Source: Eledone cirrhosa (taxonomy: Eukaryota). Taken from it: a stretch of DNA of 64,000 bases. The stretch lies in the NCBI GenBank assembly GCA_964016885.1, contig OZ024754.1:36394001-36458000 (forward strand), written 5' to 3'. The translations under genes were made by a program, and so were the position numbers. Each line of letters starts with the position of its first letter. Position 1 is the first letter of the stretch. The notes under the pieces are model-generated. The model searched no databases. It was given only the letters and a program-made list of their open reading frames with translations, and was not told the origin of the DNA. This document shows positions 27,365 through 41,300 of this stretch, piece after piece.

Positions 27365-28846
27365 ATTAACTTATTTATTTATCACGTAGTAATTTTGCAT
27401 GCTCTTTACATCAGATATGCATCTCACCTATTTAATTTGTTATATTGTTGTTCAGCGAACTGGCATGGTTGGTAAAGTGCTGGATACGATATCAAATATA
27501 GTTTATACTCGTTCCATGCGCCCTGATTTCAAATTCCCCCGAGTTCAACTTTACCTTTTCATCCCTTGCGGTGTCCACCAAATAAAATACCAATTCATAG
27601 CGGTGGGTTTGACGAAATGACTAGATGACTAGATGCCCTGCAGTATCTCTTCTGTTAATTTCTGTTCCGGGTTTCAGTTCTGCCTAGCAATTCAAACCCC
27701 ACCGATTGCCAGAACAAATCCTCCCACCATGGGACCACAATTGATTATGAAAGCTGCAATTTTGTGGGAGACTATTACAGCCGTCTGCTATTGCAGTTAA
27801 ACGAAGACGATGATGATAATGATGATGATGAATATATATACTTTTTCTTTGTTTTCTCAATATATTGTTGATGGGTTTCAAGTACTGTATTTTGTCTTGA
27901 AAATCACGACATACTAATACATTATGTAGGTTTGTTCTCCTATCAAATTAGGGTTTACCGTAATAGACAGCAGCAGAAATTCTACTTGAATATCGCGGTC
28001 GATGTTATGTTTTTTTTTTAAATACTTGATGGGTGGCTGGCTAAAAGGTCAAGTATTGCCACACTCTAATGAGCAAAACAAATAAAAGAATAGATGAATC
28101 ATCAACATCAGTGAGTCGGGTGATTTGCCCGGGCCAAAAACATTGTGTCAACCTCTAATATGCGAAACCCTTTCGCAAGTCAAAATAGCTCAGCTGGGAA
28201 ATCTAAAGGTCCCTGGTTCATAAAAGAATAAAATAATATTGAATATTGAATATTGAATCTAGTTTAATATATGTTTCGAATCAAACTACTGTATTTCCCG
28301 GCGCCGAAGACGCTTCATCCTCTAGAATGCACCCTAAATTTGCCTTTCATCCTTACGGGGTCGATAAAATAAAGTACCAGTCACGCACTGGGTTCGATTT
28401 AATCGACATACCCCTCCCCCAAAAATATGCTGGCCTTGTGCCTAAAGTAAAAACAATAATTATAAACATCAATATGACGGTGGATTGGCAGTATCGGTAA
28501 AGCGTCGGACAATCTGCACCAGTAATACACTGGGATAATTGCTGGCCTTGTGCCTAAAGTAGAAACAATTATTTACAGAAAACAAGAACATACATTCTAA
28601 CATGTAATTTTATTTATATGTCTATTATCCGTAACACAAGATTGTTGGTTAGCAAATGCTTAGGCTTAGTCACGGAGATTACTAGTAAGTAATATCACAT
28701 TTAGTGATTGTGTAGTAGTGTTTAGGGTGGGTGCTTTCAAGCCATTCTATAACTGGTATGTTGTTTTGACTTTTGCTGTAAATTCTAGAATATGTTTGCT
28801 AATGAATTATATATATATATATATTAGATATATATATATATATATA

Positions 28847-29050
28847 TAGGAACGAGTAGGACCCCCAACGGCTGAGCTCAAGCCGTTTCGACGGGTAATT
28901 CTTTTTTTTTTTTAGTCCAGAATTAGCCGTCGAAACGGCTTGAGCTCAGCCGTCGGGGTCCTACTCGTTCCTATTACCCACTCTACTACCCTAAGTATTG
29001 AGTACTTTGGTGCGTTATGGTCCACCTGGTTCCTTACCACATTTCCTCCG

Positions 29051-29053
<3 letters not shown>
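28847..29053 (+). mobile_element. TA-embedded fold-back half-hammerhead element (copy A)
   Basis: Inverted arm, then GCCGTC-GAAA-CGGCTTGAGCTCAGCCG-TC-GGGG, then conserved tail TATTACCCACTCTACTACCCTAAGTATTGAGTAC...CGTTATA. Confidence 0.75.
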
Positions 29054-29092
<39 letters not shown>

Positions 29093-29594
29093 TAGGATTG
29101 GTGCTCTGAGATAGCGATGAATGTATGTAGAGTATATTTGGCAATAAACCGTATGTTTAATTAATAAGGAACTGATTGCTATTTCACAGCACCAATCCTA
29201 TTTTTTTATTTTTGCTGGACCGGCAATCGCTCTGTATAATCAGTTCCTGATTATTACTGGAATTCTATAAGAATCCAGCTTCTATAATTTTCGGCAGAGG
29301 CGGGGAGTACGTTGCTCTGAGGATCACCAACAGTGTGAAACAGAATCTGTCAGCTTCTCCCCCTTCCTTTGCCGAAAAAAGAAGTAAGTGACATAGTCAC
29401 CACTTTAAAAATGATTGCGCAAGGTCTCCAAAATGTTTTTAATTGAACATACGGTACATTGCCAAATATACTATACATACATTCATATATATATATATAT
29501 AGAGAGAGAGAGATAGATAGATATAGATATAGATATATATTGAATGTAGAAAAGTAACACACGAGTTGATATATATAAAAAAAAATGTTGAAAG

Positions 29595-29836
29595 GAAAAA
29601 GATTTTTTCAGTAGAAAATGCTGAAGAGATTCTTTCAGTGTAATATCAAAACATTTATTTATTTATAAAGAGGATATTTCCGCATTTAATAATGGTACCG
29701 GTTTCAGCATTATATGCATTGTCAACTGTGGACATGCATAATATGGTTAAGTTCCATATTTATATAAATAAATAAATGTTTTGATATTACACTGAAAGAA
29801 TCTCTTCAGTATTATCTACTGAAAAAATATTTTTCC
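29595..29836. mobile_element. Fold-back unit with about 75-bp arms and a degenerate hammerhead (29693-29727, minus) in the spacer
   Basis: TCAGTAGAAAATGCTGAAGAGATTCTTTCAGTGTAATATCAAAAC recurs inverted; spacer reads TTGACAA-tGCA..TGCt-GAAA-CCGG-TA on the minus strand, stem I decayed. Confidence 0.55.
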
Positions 29837-29848
29837 TGTCTACTATTT

Positions 29849-29929
<81 letters not shown>

Positions 29930-31072
29930 TAGATAGATATATATAGATATATAGATATATAGATATATAGACATTCTGTTTGATCATCTCTGTTGTCGAA
30001 GGAGAACGCTTACCGGCGCATTCCTTCGACTAAGTCTTCGGTACGGAATGTCAGCCATCAACGAAATTATTTGTGCATTGATATTCCTATATTTTTGCTG
30101 AGAATATTTCGAGGACAATAATCCATTTTTCGTCTTTTATACTTAGTATGTAGAGAGGGCTCTACTAGATTAGAATCATTTCAATATGAACTTAAAGCAT
30201 TCAGAGTTATTTATTCGTTTAGTCTTAGTTCAACTCGAATCTATATTTTTTGTTTGAATTCAATTTCAACAAAAGCATATTTAGCATTTTAACTTCACCT
30301 CAAGATATGATTTTTAAGACTCCCCAACCCTTGTACAACCCCGAAGCAAAGCAATTTTTGCTTAAATATATACATTGATAAAAACTCTTCTTGCTACAAA
30401 CAAATTAATAAAGTGGACAGGATAAATATATTTATATATTTATTTTTTTTTTCTTTTATGTACACACATCCATAAAGAAAGCCATTTTAAGTTGAATTCC
30501 ATACATACTTTCTCCATTGTTAAATATTCTTCGAACGACCAAACAAAAACTTGGGGCTAAGTTATAGAAAGATAACTAATCTTTTATTTATTTCTCAGGC
30601 ATTCGAAAACATTTCGGTATTTTTCTAAATTCACGACAAAGGATATTTCTAGAAATATTTTTGTATACAGAATTATTTTACAGAAATATTTTCTATATTT
30701 TCCACATTGATCTATATCCATGACCCTATAATTTCCTATCAGGTTATTTTCAGCGTGAACTGATCAACTCCAGCTAGTTTATAAAAGCCAGTTCTAAACA
30801 ATCACTCGCCTAAGGATCGGAAAAAGAAACTCCTGTGTAGCGACTCACAGACAGTTCTTACTTGTGAATACATGCTATTCTATTCTACTTCAGATCAGTC
30901 AGTACTTTTTTTTTTGCTGAATTTCATTGTGATACTGTATTTATGTGAGTGGAAGTATGTGTTTGTATGCGTGGTGTGTGTGTAAACATATGCATATATG
31001 TTATGTATATATATGTGTGTGTGTGTTTGTGTAAACATATGTGTATATGTTATATATATATATATATATATA

Positions 31073-31232
31073 TAACGAAGGAAATGTGGTAAGGAACCAG
31101 GTGGACCATAACGCACAAAAGTACTCAATACTTAGGGTAGTAGAGTGGGTAATAGGAACGAGTAGGACCCTGACGGCTGAGCTCAAGCCGTTTCGAAACG
31201 GCTTGAGCTCAGCCGTCGGGGTCCTACTCGTT

Positions 31233-31236
<4 letters not shown>
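31073..31236 (-). mobile_element. TA-embedded fold-back half-hammerhead element (copy B)
   Basis: Same tail; near-perfect palindrome centred on TTTC|GAAA at 31194/31195. Confidence 0.75.
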
Positions 31237-31270
<34 letters not shown>

Positions 31271-31459
31271 ATTATATATATGCAATTATATATATATATA
31301 TATATATAATTGCTGGCCTTGTGCCAAAAGTAGGAATAATTATTACACACACACACACACGTATATATATATATATATATATATATACATTATGAAGAGA
31401 GAAGAAACATTTAGATATAATTAGTAATAAAATGTATCATACCTAAACTGCTCCTAAAT

Positions 31460-31549
31460 TCCTCGACTACGTAGTTTCGTGGCATAAACAAAAACAATAT
31501 ATCATAAAGATATAGAGTCCCTGCGAGGTCTGCCGACTTATCAAGAGGA
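31460..31549 (-). ncRNA. Type I hammerhead ribozyme motif, U3-A8 variant with extended stem II
   Basis: Minus strand: TCCTC-TTGATAA-GTcGGCA...TGCCAC-GAAA-CTACGTAG-TC-GAGGA; perfect 5-bp stem I, palindromic stem III. Confidence 0.75.
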
Positions 31550-31974
31550 TACCTCATTTTACTAGTCTCAAGAACGCGTCTACACGACGTGAGAAAGAAT
31601 CCCAAAGGCGGAGGGGGAGATAGTCACGCGATACAACGGTCGAGAAACAGAGCTAAGCCTCCTATAACCACGAAGAAAATACCACGGAGGCGGAGGGGGT
31701 ATTCATATCGAGGCCGCAGAAGAGGTGGTGAAGAAGGCGAGAAGTATGAGTAATGGAAGCTTTCCAGTTGTCCCCACACTTCAAAGATTGCTCGACCAGA
31801 GGGAGTTATTAACAATATATTTAGAAACACACAGATACATGCGGACACACACATATATACATGAATGCATCCGCACCCAACTGTGAGTTAAGGGTGCCAA
31901 CTTCACCGATGTTGCTCAATGAATGACTGGGACAGACCAATTCAGTTGAACTAGACTGAACCAGTATCAGAGTT

Positions 31975-32012
<38 letters not shown>

Positions 32013-32029
32013 TGCGTGTGTGTGTGTGT

Positions 32030-32372
32030 GTAATAATTATTTCTACTTTTGGCACAAGGCCAGCAATTATTCCAGAGCATTACTGGTACTTTGTTTTATC
32101 GGCTCCGTAAGGATGAAAGATAAAGTTAACCTCGCTGGGATTCGAACTCAGACCATAAAGGGCCATAACTGGTCTGAGTTGAAATCCCACCGAGATTAAC
32201 TTTCTCTTTGTGTGTGTGTGTGTGTGTGTATAATAATTGTTTCTACTTTTGGCACAAGGCCAGCAATTATTCCAGTGCATTACTGGTACTTTATTTTATC
32301 GACCCGACAAGGATGAAAGGCAAAGTTAACCTCGGCAGGATTTGAACTCAGACCATAAAGGGCCGTAACTCT
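32030..32372 (-). mobile_element. Two adjacent 5'-truncated Nin/Deu SINEs
   Basis: Reverse-complement tail and core at about 32030-32170 and 32230-32372. Confidence 0.8.
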
Positions 32373-32700
32373 TTGAGTATAGTAATGAAGATATCTCCAC
32401 TACATGCAATCCATTAATGGCCGACTGGTAGCTTTATGTACGTCGAGCCGTGATGCTGAAGTTGATGGATTAACCAGATAACCGGCCATCGACCCAGCCA
32501 TCTCTCTAGTCAGCCTGCAAATCAACCAGAAACCCAACTCCACTAAACAAGCTCAGCAAAGGCCATTAACCTCATAGCTATGTTGAAACCACATCACTAT
32601 TGATATCTGATGACAAGGCACTTTCTGTACACGTATTGTTTATATATATATATGTGTGTGTGTGTGGTGTGTGTGTGTGTGTGTGTGTGTGTCTGTATAC

Positions 32701-32732
<32 letters not shown>

Positions 32733-32898
32733 AGACATACACATATATATATACATGTATATATATATATATATATAAATATATATACATATATTCTATA
32801 AATATATATATAGATATATACATACATATATATATACATATATATATATATACATATATATATATACATATATATATATACACGTACATATATATATG

Positions 32899-32938
<40 letters not shown>

Positions 32939-32974
32939 TAGATATATATACACATACATATGTATATATATGTA

Positions 32975-33005
<31 letters not shown>

Positions 33006-33020
33006 TACATATATATATAT

Positions 33021-33061
<41 letters not shown>

Positions 33062-33077
33062 CATATATATATGATAT

Positions 33078-33143
<66 letters not shown>

Positions 33144-33243
33144 TATTACATACATATATACATATATATATATACATACATATATATACATATATATATA
33201 TATACATATATATATATATTAATATATATATAGAGAGAGAGAC

Positions 33244-33286
<43 letters not shown>

Positions 33287-33412
33287 AACATGCGTGTGTG
33301 TTTGTTTGCAGGTATGTTTAGATTGATGGATACGTAAAGGAAACTTATGGACAACGATCTATGCGTAAGCAAGCATGTACGTGTCAAGGTATGAGATCAT
33401 TAACAAACAGTT

Positions 33413-33495
<83 letters not shown>

Positions 33496-33638
33496 ATTTA
33501 GTATATCTACTAACATATGCGTACAGATGTACGCTAATGCTAGCAAATGCACAGGTTATGTCATAGTACCTAGTACTAATTAGTTGGAGTGAAAATTTTA
33601 GTAAGTAAGTTAATTTTTTAAAATTTTCTTATTTTACG

Positions 33639-33726
<88 letters not shown>

Positions 33727-33980
33727 TATATATATAGTATATATATATATAGTAATAATAATAAAATTGAATATTAAAATCCAAAGAGGGCTCGATAAGG
33801 AAAAATATATATCAAATATATAAGAACCGTAGAGCAAATATTTATTAAAATAACAGATTAGTTATTTTAATAAATATATATATATATATATATGGAAAGT
33901 TATATTTAAATTGTTGGGTTAACAACGAGTAAATATTTATAACTGATATAAAAGCACTCAACAAGTATTTGGAGTATATT

Positions 33981-34382
33981 TATGATATTAAATAAATGGA
34001 AACTATATTTATAAAACCATATTTATTTCGTTATATATATTTCAGGGATATCATATTAACAATATGTTATGCCATCTTCAGACAAAATACAATATAAACA
34101 GTCTTATAAATAAATAGATACGACATACCTTTCAATCACCTTGCATTTGGGAGGTTGATTTGGCAGTAAAAAATATTGTGGACAGTTGTTTTTACAACTG
34201 TCCACAATATTTTTTACTGCCAAATCAACCTCCCAAATGCAAGGTGATTGAAAGGTATGTCGTATCTATTTATTTATAAGACTGTTTATATTGTATTTTG
34301 TCTGAAGATGGCATAACATATTGTTAATATGATATCCCTGAAATATATATAACGAAATAAATATAGTTTCCATTTATTTAAT

Positions 34383-34389
<7 letters not shown>
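33981..34389. mobile_element. Near-perfect about 400-bp palindrome (4-nt spacer) with a hammerhead in each arm; PLE-like remnant
   Basis: Centre ...GACAGTTGT-tttt-ACAACTGTC... at 34189/34194; arms match apart from a short indel; (TA)n tracts nearby on both sides. Confidence 0.75.
34295..34358 (+). ncRNA. Type I hammerhead ribozyme motif (mirror copy at 34025-34088, minus)
   Basis: ATTTTGT-CTGAAGA-tGGcATAaCATATT(gtt)AATATGaTATcCCt-GAAA-TATATA-TA-ACGAAAT; 7-bp stem I with one G-U. Confidence 0.75.
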
Positions 34390-34480
<91 letters not shown>

Positions 34481-34536
34481 CGTGGGAAAGTAAAAAATCG
34501 GAGAATAGACCGTTAAAACATGTTTATTTAAAATAT

Positions 34537-34575
34537 CACCTACGTACGTTTCGCCCAGTTGGGCTTCTCAAGGGC
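34537..34575 (-). ncRNA. Minimal hammerhead motif, U3-A8 variant
   Basis: Minus strand: CC-TTGAGAA-GCCCA(ac)TGGGC-GAAA-CGTACG-TA-GG; stem I only 2 bp; AATAAA shortly downstream. Confidence 0.55.
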
Positions 34576-34649
34576 ATAAATACAAGGGCATATATATATA
34601 TATAAATATATATATATATAAAGAAGAAAAGATCAACATCATCGGTAAC

Positions 34650-34684
<35 letters not shown>

Positions 34685-34685
<1 letters not shown>

Positions 34686-34887
34686 GTAGTTACCGATGAT
34701 GTTGATCTTTTCTTCTTTTCGGGTTATAGCTACTGTCTCTCAGAGAGTGGGATTGGCTCAGTGCACAGTCTTTCCTCACTTATAGAAATATCTTCACGCA
34801 CAGGCATTACACGATAGAATTAATTAATAATTATTAATAATGGTATATCGTGTAATGGCCATACTCGATAACGAGGGGGCAGCCATC
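34685..34887 (+). mobile_element. Non-autonomous bipartite RTE derivative (5'UTR fused to 3' tail)
   Basis: 34685-34840 closely matches 51482-51632; 34855-34887 matches 55528-55560; followed by a TATG-rich tail. Confidence 0.85.
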
Positions 34888-34949
34888 GTATATATATGTA
34901 TAGGTATATATATATGTATGTATATAAATATATAGGTATATATGTATGA

Positions 34950-35008
<59 letters not shown>

Positions 35009-35034
35009 TATATATGTATGTATATATGTATGTA

Positions 35035-35078
<44 letters not shown>

Positions 35079-35487
35079 CATGTATGTATATATATATAGG
35101 TATATATGTATGTATATATATAAATATATATATATATTTATATATATATATAGGTATATATGTATGTTTGTATATATATAGGTATATATGTATCTATGTA
35201 TATATATATATATATAGGTATATATGTATGTATGTATATATATATATATAAATAGGTATATATGTATGTACGTATATATATATATAGGTATATATGTATG
35301 TATGTATATATATAGGTATATATGTATGTATATATATATATATATATATATATAGTTATATATGTATGTATATATATAGGTATATATGTATGTATGTATA
35401 TATATATATATATATATAGGTATATATGTATGTATGTATATATATAGGTATGTATGTATTTCAAAGTGTGGGATCAGTATATGTATA

Positions 35488-35735
35488 GGTGGTGGAGGTG
35501 GTAGTGGTAGTGGAGGTGGTGGTGGTGGTTGTGGTGGTGGCGGTAGTGGTGGTGGGGGTGATTGTGGTGGTGGTGGTGTTGTGGTGGTGGTGGTTGTGGT
35601 GGTGGTGGTAGTGGTGGTGGTGGCGGATGTGGTGGTGGTGGTGGTGGTGGTGGTGGTGGTGGTGTGGTGGTAGTGGTGGTGGTGGTGGTGGTGGTGGTGG
35701 TAGTGGTGGTGGTGGTGGTGGTGGTGGTGGTGGTG
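35488..35735. repeat. (GGT)n array
   Basis: Direct observation; a similar array lies at 48770-49170. Confidence 0.9.
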
Positions 35736-35863
35736 TAAAGGATGTAATGTAACTACTGGAGGGTGGACAGAATGATGTCACTTGCTAATGACAAATGCAG
35801 TGGGGTGATTACTGCTATTAGGTGTGTAGTTGTAAACGAATGAGGCAATATATATATATATAT

Positions 35864-35925
<62 letters not shown>

Positions 35926-35935
35926 GTGTATATAT

Positions 35936-35966
<31 letters not shown>

Positions 35967-35985
35967 TATGTATATGTGTATATAT

Positions 35986-36366
<381 letters not shown>

Positions 36367-36475
36367 GTGTATATATATATATACAGTGAGGGCACGTAAG
36401 GTAGATCCTTAATTTCAAAGCAGAAAAAGCGTAACAGTACACCCTCTCTCCACCTCTCTCTAGTCTCTAGTTGTA

Positions 36476-36574
<99 letters not shown>

Positions 36575-36740
36575 TGTGTGTGTGTGTGTGTGTAGCAAGA
36601 TGACTCATTATGATTCAGAAGCAAAATGTATAAAATTGCAGTGGACTCCTCTCACACAAGCTTCTCTCTTCCTTTCCCCCTCTCTCTAACCTTTTTGTCC
36701 ATCTCTTCTTTCCCCTCTTTATTTTAACTCTCTCTATCGT

Positions 36741-36809
<69 letters not shown>

Positions 36810-36967
36810 ATTCCACAGCCTCAGATACTATAACAAAGTCACACATTCTATTTAGTTGTTTTGTTTTTGTTGTTGTGTGTTTCTTTGTTCTCCGCGAATA
36901 AACAACCTCAGGTATTCATCGTTAAGTCGATATTCTGAAGACGTGAAGCTCAGTGGTTAAAGTACTC

Positions 36968-37545
36968 ATCTCCCTTACCATCCTCCGGGGAAACGCCTTC
37001 TCCATTCTGTCCGCCGGTGCTGTGGGGAGGCCAACACGTGGGACCCCATTTGCTCACCATACAGAGAGAGGATGGGGAGGGCGAGAGAGATGGAGGCGAT
37101 GTCAGTGGGAGTTCGGCTCTTCCATGTTCGTACCCAACACGTGGGACCCCATTTGCTCACCATACAGAGAGAGGTGGCGAGGGCGAGAGAGATGGATGCG
37201 ATGTCAGTGGGAGTTCGGCTCTTCCATGTTCGAACCCAACACGTGGGACCCCATTTGCTCACCATACAGAGAGAGATGGAGGCGATGTCAGTGGGAGTTT
37301 TGCTCTTCCATGTTCGAACCCAACACGTGGGACCCCATTTGCTCACCATACAGAGAGAGGATGGGGAGGGCGAGAGAGATGGAGGCGATGTCAGTGGGAG
37401 TTCGGCTCTTCCATGTTCGGACCCAACACGTGGGACCCCATTTGCTCACCATACAGAGAGAGATGGGGAGGGCGAGAGAGATGGAGGCGATGACAGTGGG
37501 AGTTCGGCTCTTCTATGTTCGCACCATATCCTTGTGGTTGTGTTC
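36968..37545 (+). mobile_element. Second CRE-clade 3' fragment with an about 103-bp 3' segment tandemly repeated 5 times
   Basis: SLTILRGNAFSIL motif; homologous to 20308-20475; units begin CCAACACGTGGGACCCC at about 37031, 37134, 37236, 37320 and 37423. Confidence 0.7.
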
Positions 37546-37862
37546 TTTATCTATAGAGTTTTTGCTGTAGAAATTTAACAATTGTTAGTCCAACACCTAG
37601 TTACCTTCTCCAGCTACTTAATATATTAGTAATTTAAAATCAAATTTGTGTTATTTGACTTGTTAAATTTATAGTACATGTTTGTCATATATAATCGTAG
37701 GATCGTAAGTTCAGTTAGCAGCGAAACGTTCTCTGTTTGATCAAAACACTTTACTTCAGGTTGCTCAAGTCCATTAAGATGTTTAAAATTGATTTTTTAA
37801 ACAAGATGTTTAAAATTGATTTTTTTTAAATTTCAATCATAAACAAATCTATTTCAAATAAA

Positions 37863-38043
37863 TGTTTCTACTTTTGGCACAAGGCCAGCAATTATCCCAG
37901 TGCATTACTGGTACTTTATCTTATCGACCCCGTAAGGATGAAAGGCAAAGCTAACCTCGGCGGGATTTGAAATCAGAGCGTAAAGAGGCGTAACTCTATG
38001 CTGCAACGCATGACGTCTGACCCTCTAGCGATACTGCCAATCT
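37863..38043 (-). mobile_element. Nin/Deu SINE with flanking direct repeat
   Basis: Tail, core and head present; AATCTATTTCAAATAA occurs on both sides. Confidence 0.85.
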
Positions 38044-38326
38044 ATTTCAAATAACAAAAACACTACTGATATCTAATAACGGAAAATGGAGAGAAAAACA
38101 GGGGCTCTGGAGTCACAGAAGACTGGGAGGGGGAACGGGGAGCGTGATGGACTCTAGGGCTAGGGTGCGGCTGTGTTGGGGCTGCAACCCGTGGACAAGA
38201 TCACAAAAACATTTTCGCGGACAATGGCCAGCGACACCCGCCGCTGCAACAACCACCCCAGAGAGGTCATTAATATTTATTAAGCACTATTCCAAATATT
38301 CCCCACAACTTCTTTCCATAACATGG

Positions 38327-41300
38327 AACTGGGAAATTATAACAGACATAACCCTATCAGTGAAGTCCTTTAGTATAGGTCAACTGGGAAATTATAACAC
38401 ATCTAACCCTATCAGTGAAGTCCTTTAGTATAGGTCAACTGGGAAATTATAACACACATAACCCTATCAGTGAAGTCCTTTAGTATAGGTCAACTGGGAA
38501 ATTATAACACACATAACCCTATCAGTGAAGTCCTTTAGTATAGGTCAACTGGGAAATTATAACACACATAACCCTATCAGTGAAGCCCTTTAGTATAGGT
38601 CAACTGGGAAATTATAACACATCTAACCCTATCAGTGAAGCCTTTTAGTATAGGTCAACTGGGAAATTATAACACACATAACCCTATCAGTGAAGCCTTT
38701 TAGTATAGGTCAACTGGGAAATTATAACACACATAACCCTATCAGTGAAGTCCTTTAGTATAAGTCAACTGGGAAATTATAACAGACATAACCCTATCAG
38801 TGAAGTCCTTTAGTATAGGTCAACTGGGAAATTATAACCCACATAACCCTATCAGTGAAGTCCTTTAGTGTAAGTCAACTGGGAAATTATAACAGACATA
38901 ACCCTATCAGTGAAGTCCTTTAGTATAGGTCAACTGGGAAATTATAACACATCTAACCCTATCAGTGAAGTCCTTTAGTATAAGTCAACTGGGAAATTAT
39001 AACCCACATAACCCTATCAGTGAAGTCCTTTAGTATAAGTCAACTGGGAAATTATAACCCACATAACCCTATCAGTGAAGTCCTTTAGTATAAGTCAACT
39101 GGGAAATTATAACACACATAACCCAATCAGTGAAGTCCTTTAGTATAGGTCAACTGGGAAATTATAACAGACATAACCCTATCACTGAAGTCCTTTAGTA
39201 TAGGTCAACTGGGAAATTATAACCCACATAACCCTATCATTGAAGTCCTTTAGTATAGGTCAACTGGGAAATTATAACAGACATAACCCTATCAGTGAAG
39301 TCCTTTAGTATAGGTCAACTGGGAAATTATAACACACATAACCCTATCAGTGAAATCCTTTAGTATAGGTCAACTGGGAAATTATAACACACATAACCCT
39401 ATCAGTGAAGTCCTTTAGTATAAGTCAACTGGGAAATTATAACACACATAACCCTATCAGTGAAGTCCTTTAGTATAGGTCAACTGGGAAATTATAACAC
39501 ACATAACCCTATCAATGAAGTCCTTTAGTATAGGTCAACTGGGAAATTATAACACACATAACCCTATCAGTGAAGTCCTTTAGTATAGGTGAACTGGGAA
39601 ATTATAACACATAACCCTATCAGTAAAGTCCTTTAGTATAGGTCAACTGGGAAATTATAACCCACATAACACTATCAGTGAAGCCCTTTAGTTTAAGTCA
39701 ACTGGGAAATTATAACACACATAACCCTATCAGTGAAGCCCTTTAGTATAGGTCAACTGGGAAATTATAAGACATAACCCTATCAGTGAAGTCCTTTAGT
39801 ATAAGTCAACTGGGAAATTATAACACACATAACCCTGTCAGTGAAGCCCTTTAGTATAGGTCAACTGGGAAATTATAAGACATAACCCTATCAGTGAAGT
39901 CCTTTAGTATAGGTCAACTGGGAAATTATAACCCACATAACCCTATCAGTGAAGTCCTTTAGTATAAGTCAACTGGGAAATTATAACAGACATAACCCTA
40001 TCAGTGAAGTCCTTTAGTATAAGTCAACTGGGAAATTATAACAGACATAACCCTATCAGTGAAGTCCTTTAGTATAGGTCAACTGGGAAATTATAACACA
40101 CATAACCCTATCAGTGAAGTCCTTTCGTATAGGTGAACTGGGAAATTATAACACATAACCCTATCAGTAAAGTCCTTTAGTATAGGTCAACTGGGAAATT
40201 ATAACCCACATAACCCTATCATTGAAGTCCTTTAGTATAGGTCAACTGGGAAATTATAACCCACATAACCCTATCAGTGAAGTCCTTTAGTATAGGTCAA
40301 CTGGGAAATTATAACCCACATAACACTATCAGTGAAGCCCTTTAGTTTAAGTCAACTGGGAAATTATAACACACATAACCCTATCAGTGAAGCCCTTTAG
40401 TATAGGTCAACTGGGAAATTATAAGACATAACCCTATCAGTGAAGTCCTTTAGTATAAGTCAACTGGGAAATTATAACACACATAACCCTGTCAGTGAAG
40501 CCCTTTAGTATAGGTCAACTGGGAAATTATAAGACATAACCCTATCAGTGAAGTCCTTTAGTATAGGTCAACTGGGAAATTATAACCCACATAACCCTAT
40601 CAGTGAAGTCCTTTAGTATAAGTCAACTGGGAAATTATAACAGACATAACCCTATCAGTGAAGTCCTTTAGTATAAGTCAACTGGGAAATTATAACAGAC
40701 ATAACCCTATCAGTGAAGTCCTTTAGTATAGGTCAACTGGGAAATTATAACACACATAACCCTATCAGTGAAGTCCTTTAGTATAGGTCAACTGGGAAAT
40801 TATAACACACATAACCCTATCAGTGAAGTCCTTTAGTATAGGTCAACTGGGAGATTATAACACACATAACCCTATCAGTGAAGCCCTTTAGTATAGGTCA
40901 ACTGGGAAATTATAACACATCTAACCCTATCAGTGAAGCCTTTTAGTATAGGTCAACTGGGAAATTATAACACACATAACCCTATCAGTGAAGCCTTTTA
41001 GTATAGGTCAACTGGGAAATTATAACACACATAACCCTATCAGTGAAGTCCTTTAGTATAAGTCAACTGGGAAATTATAACAGACATAACCCTATCAGTG
41101 AAGTCCTTTAGTATAGGTCAACTGGGAAATTATAACCCACATAACCCTATCAGTGAAGTCCTTTAGTGTAAGTCAACTGGGAAATTATAACAGACATAAC
41201 CCTATCAGTGAAGTCCTTTAGTATAGGTCAACTGGGAAATTATAACACATCTAACCCTATCAGTGAAGTCCTTTAGTATAAGTCAACTGGGAAATTATAA

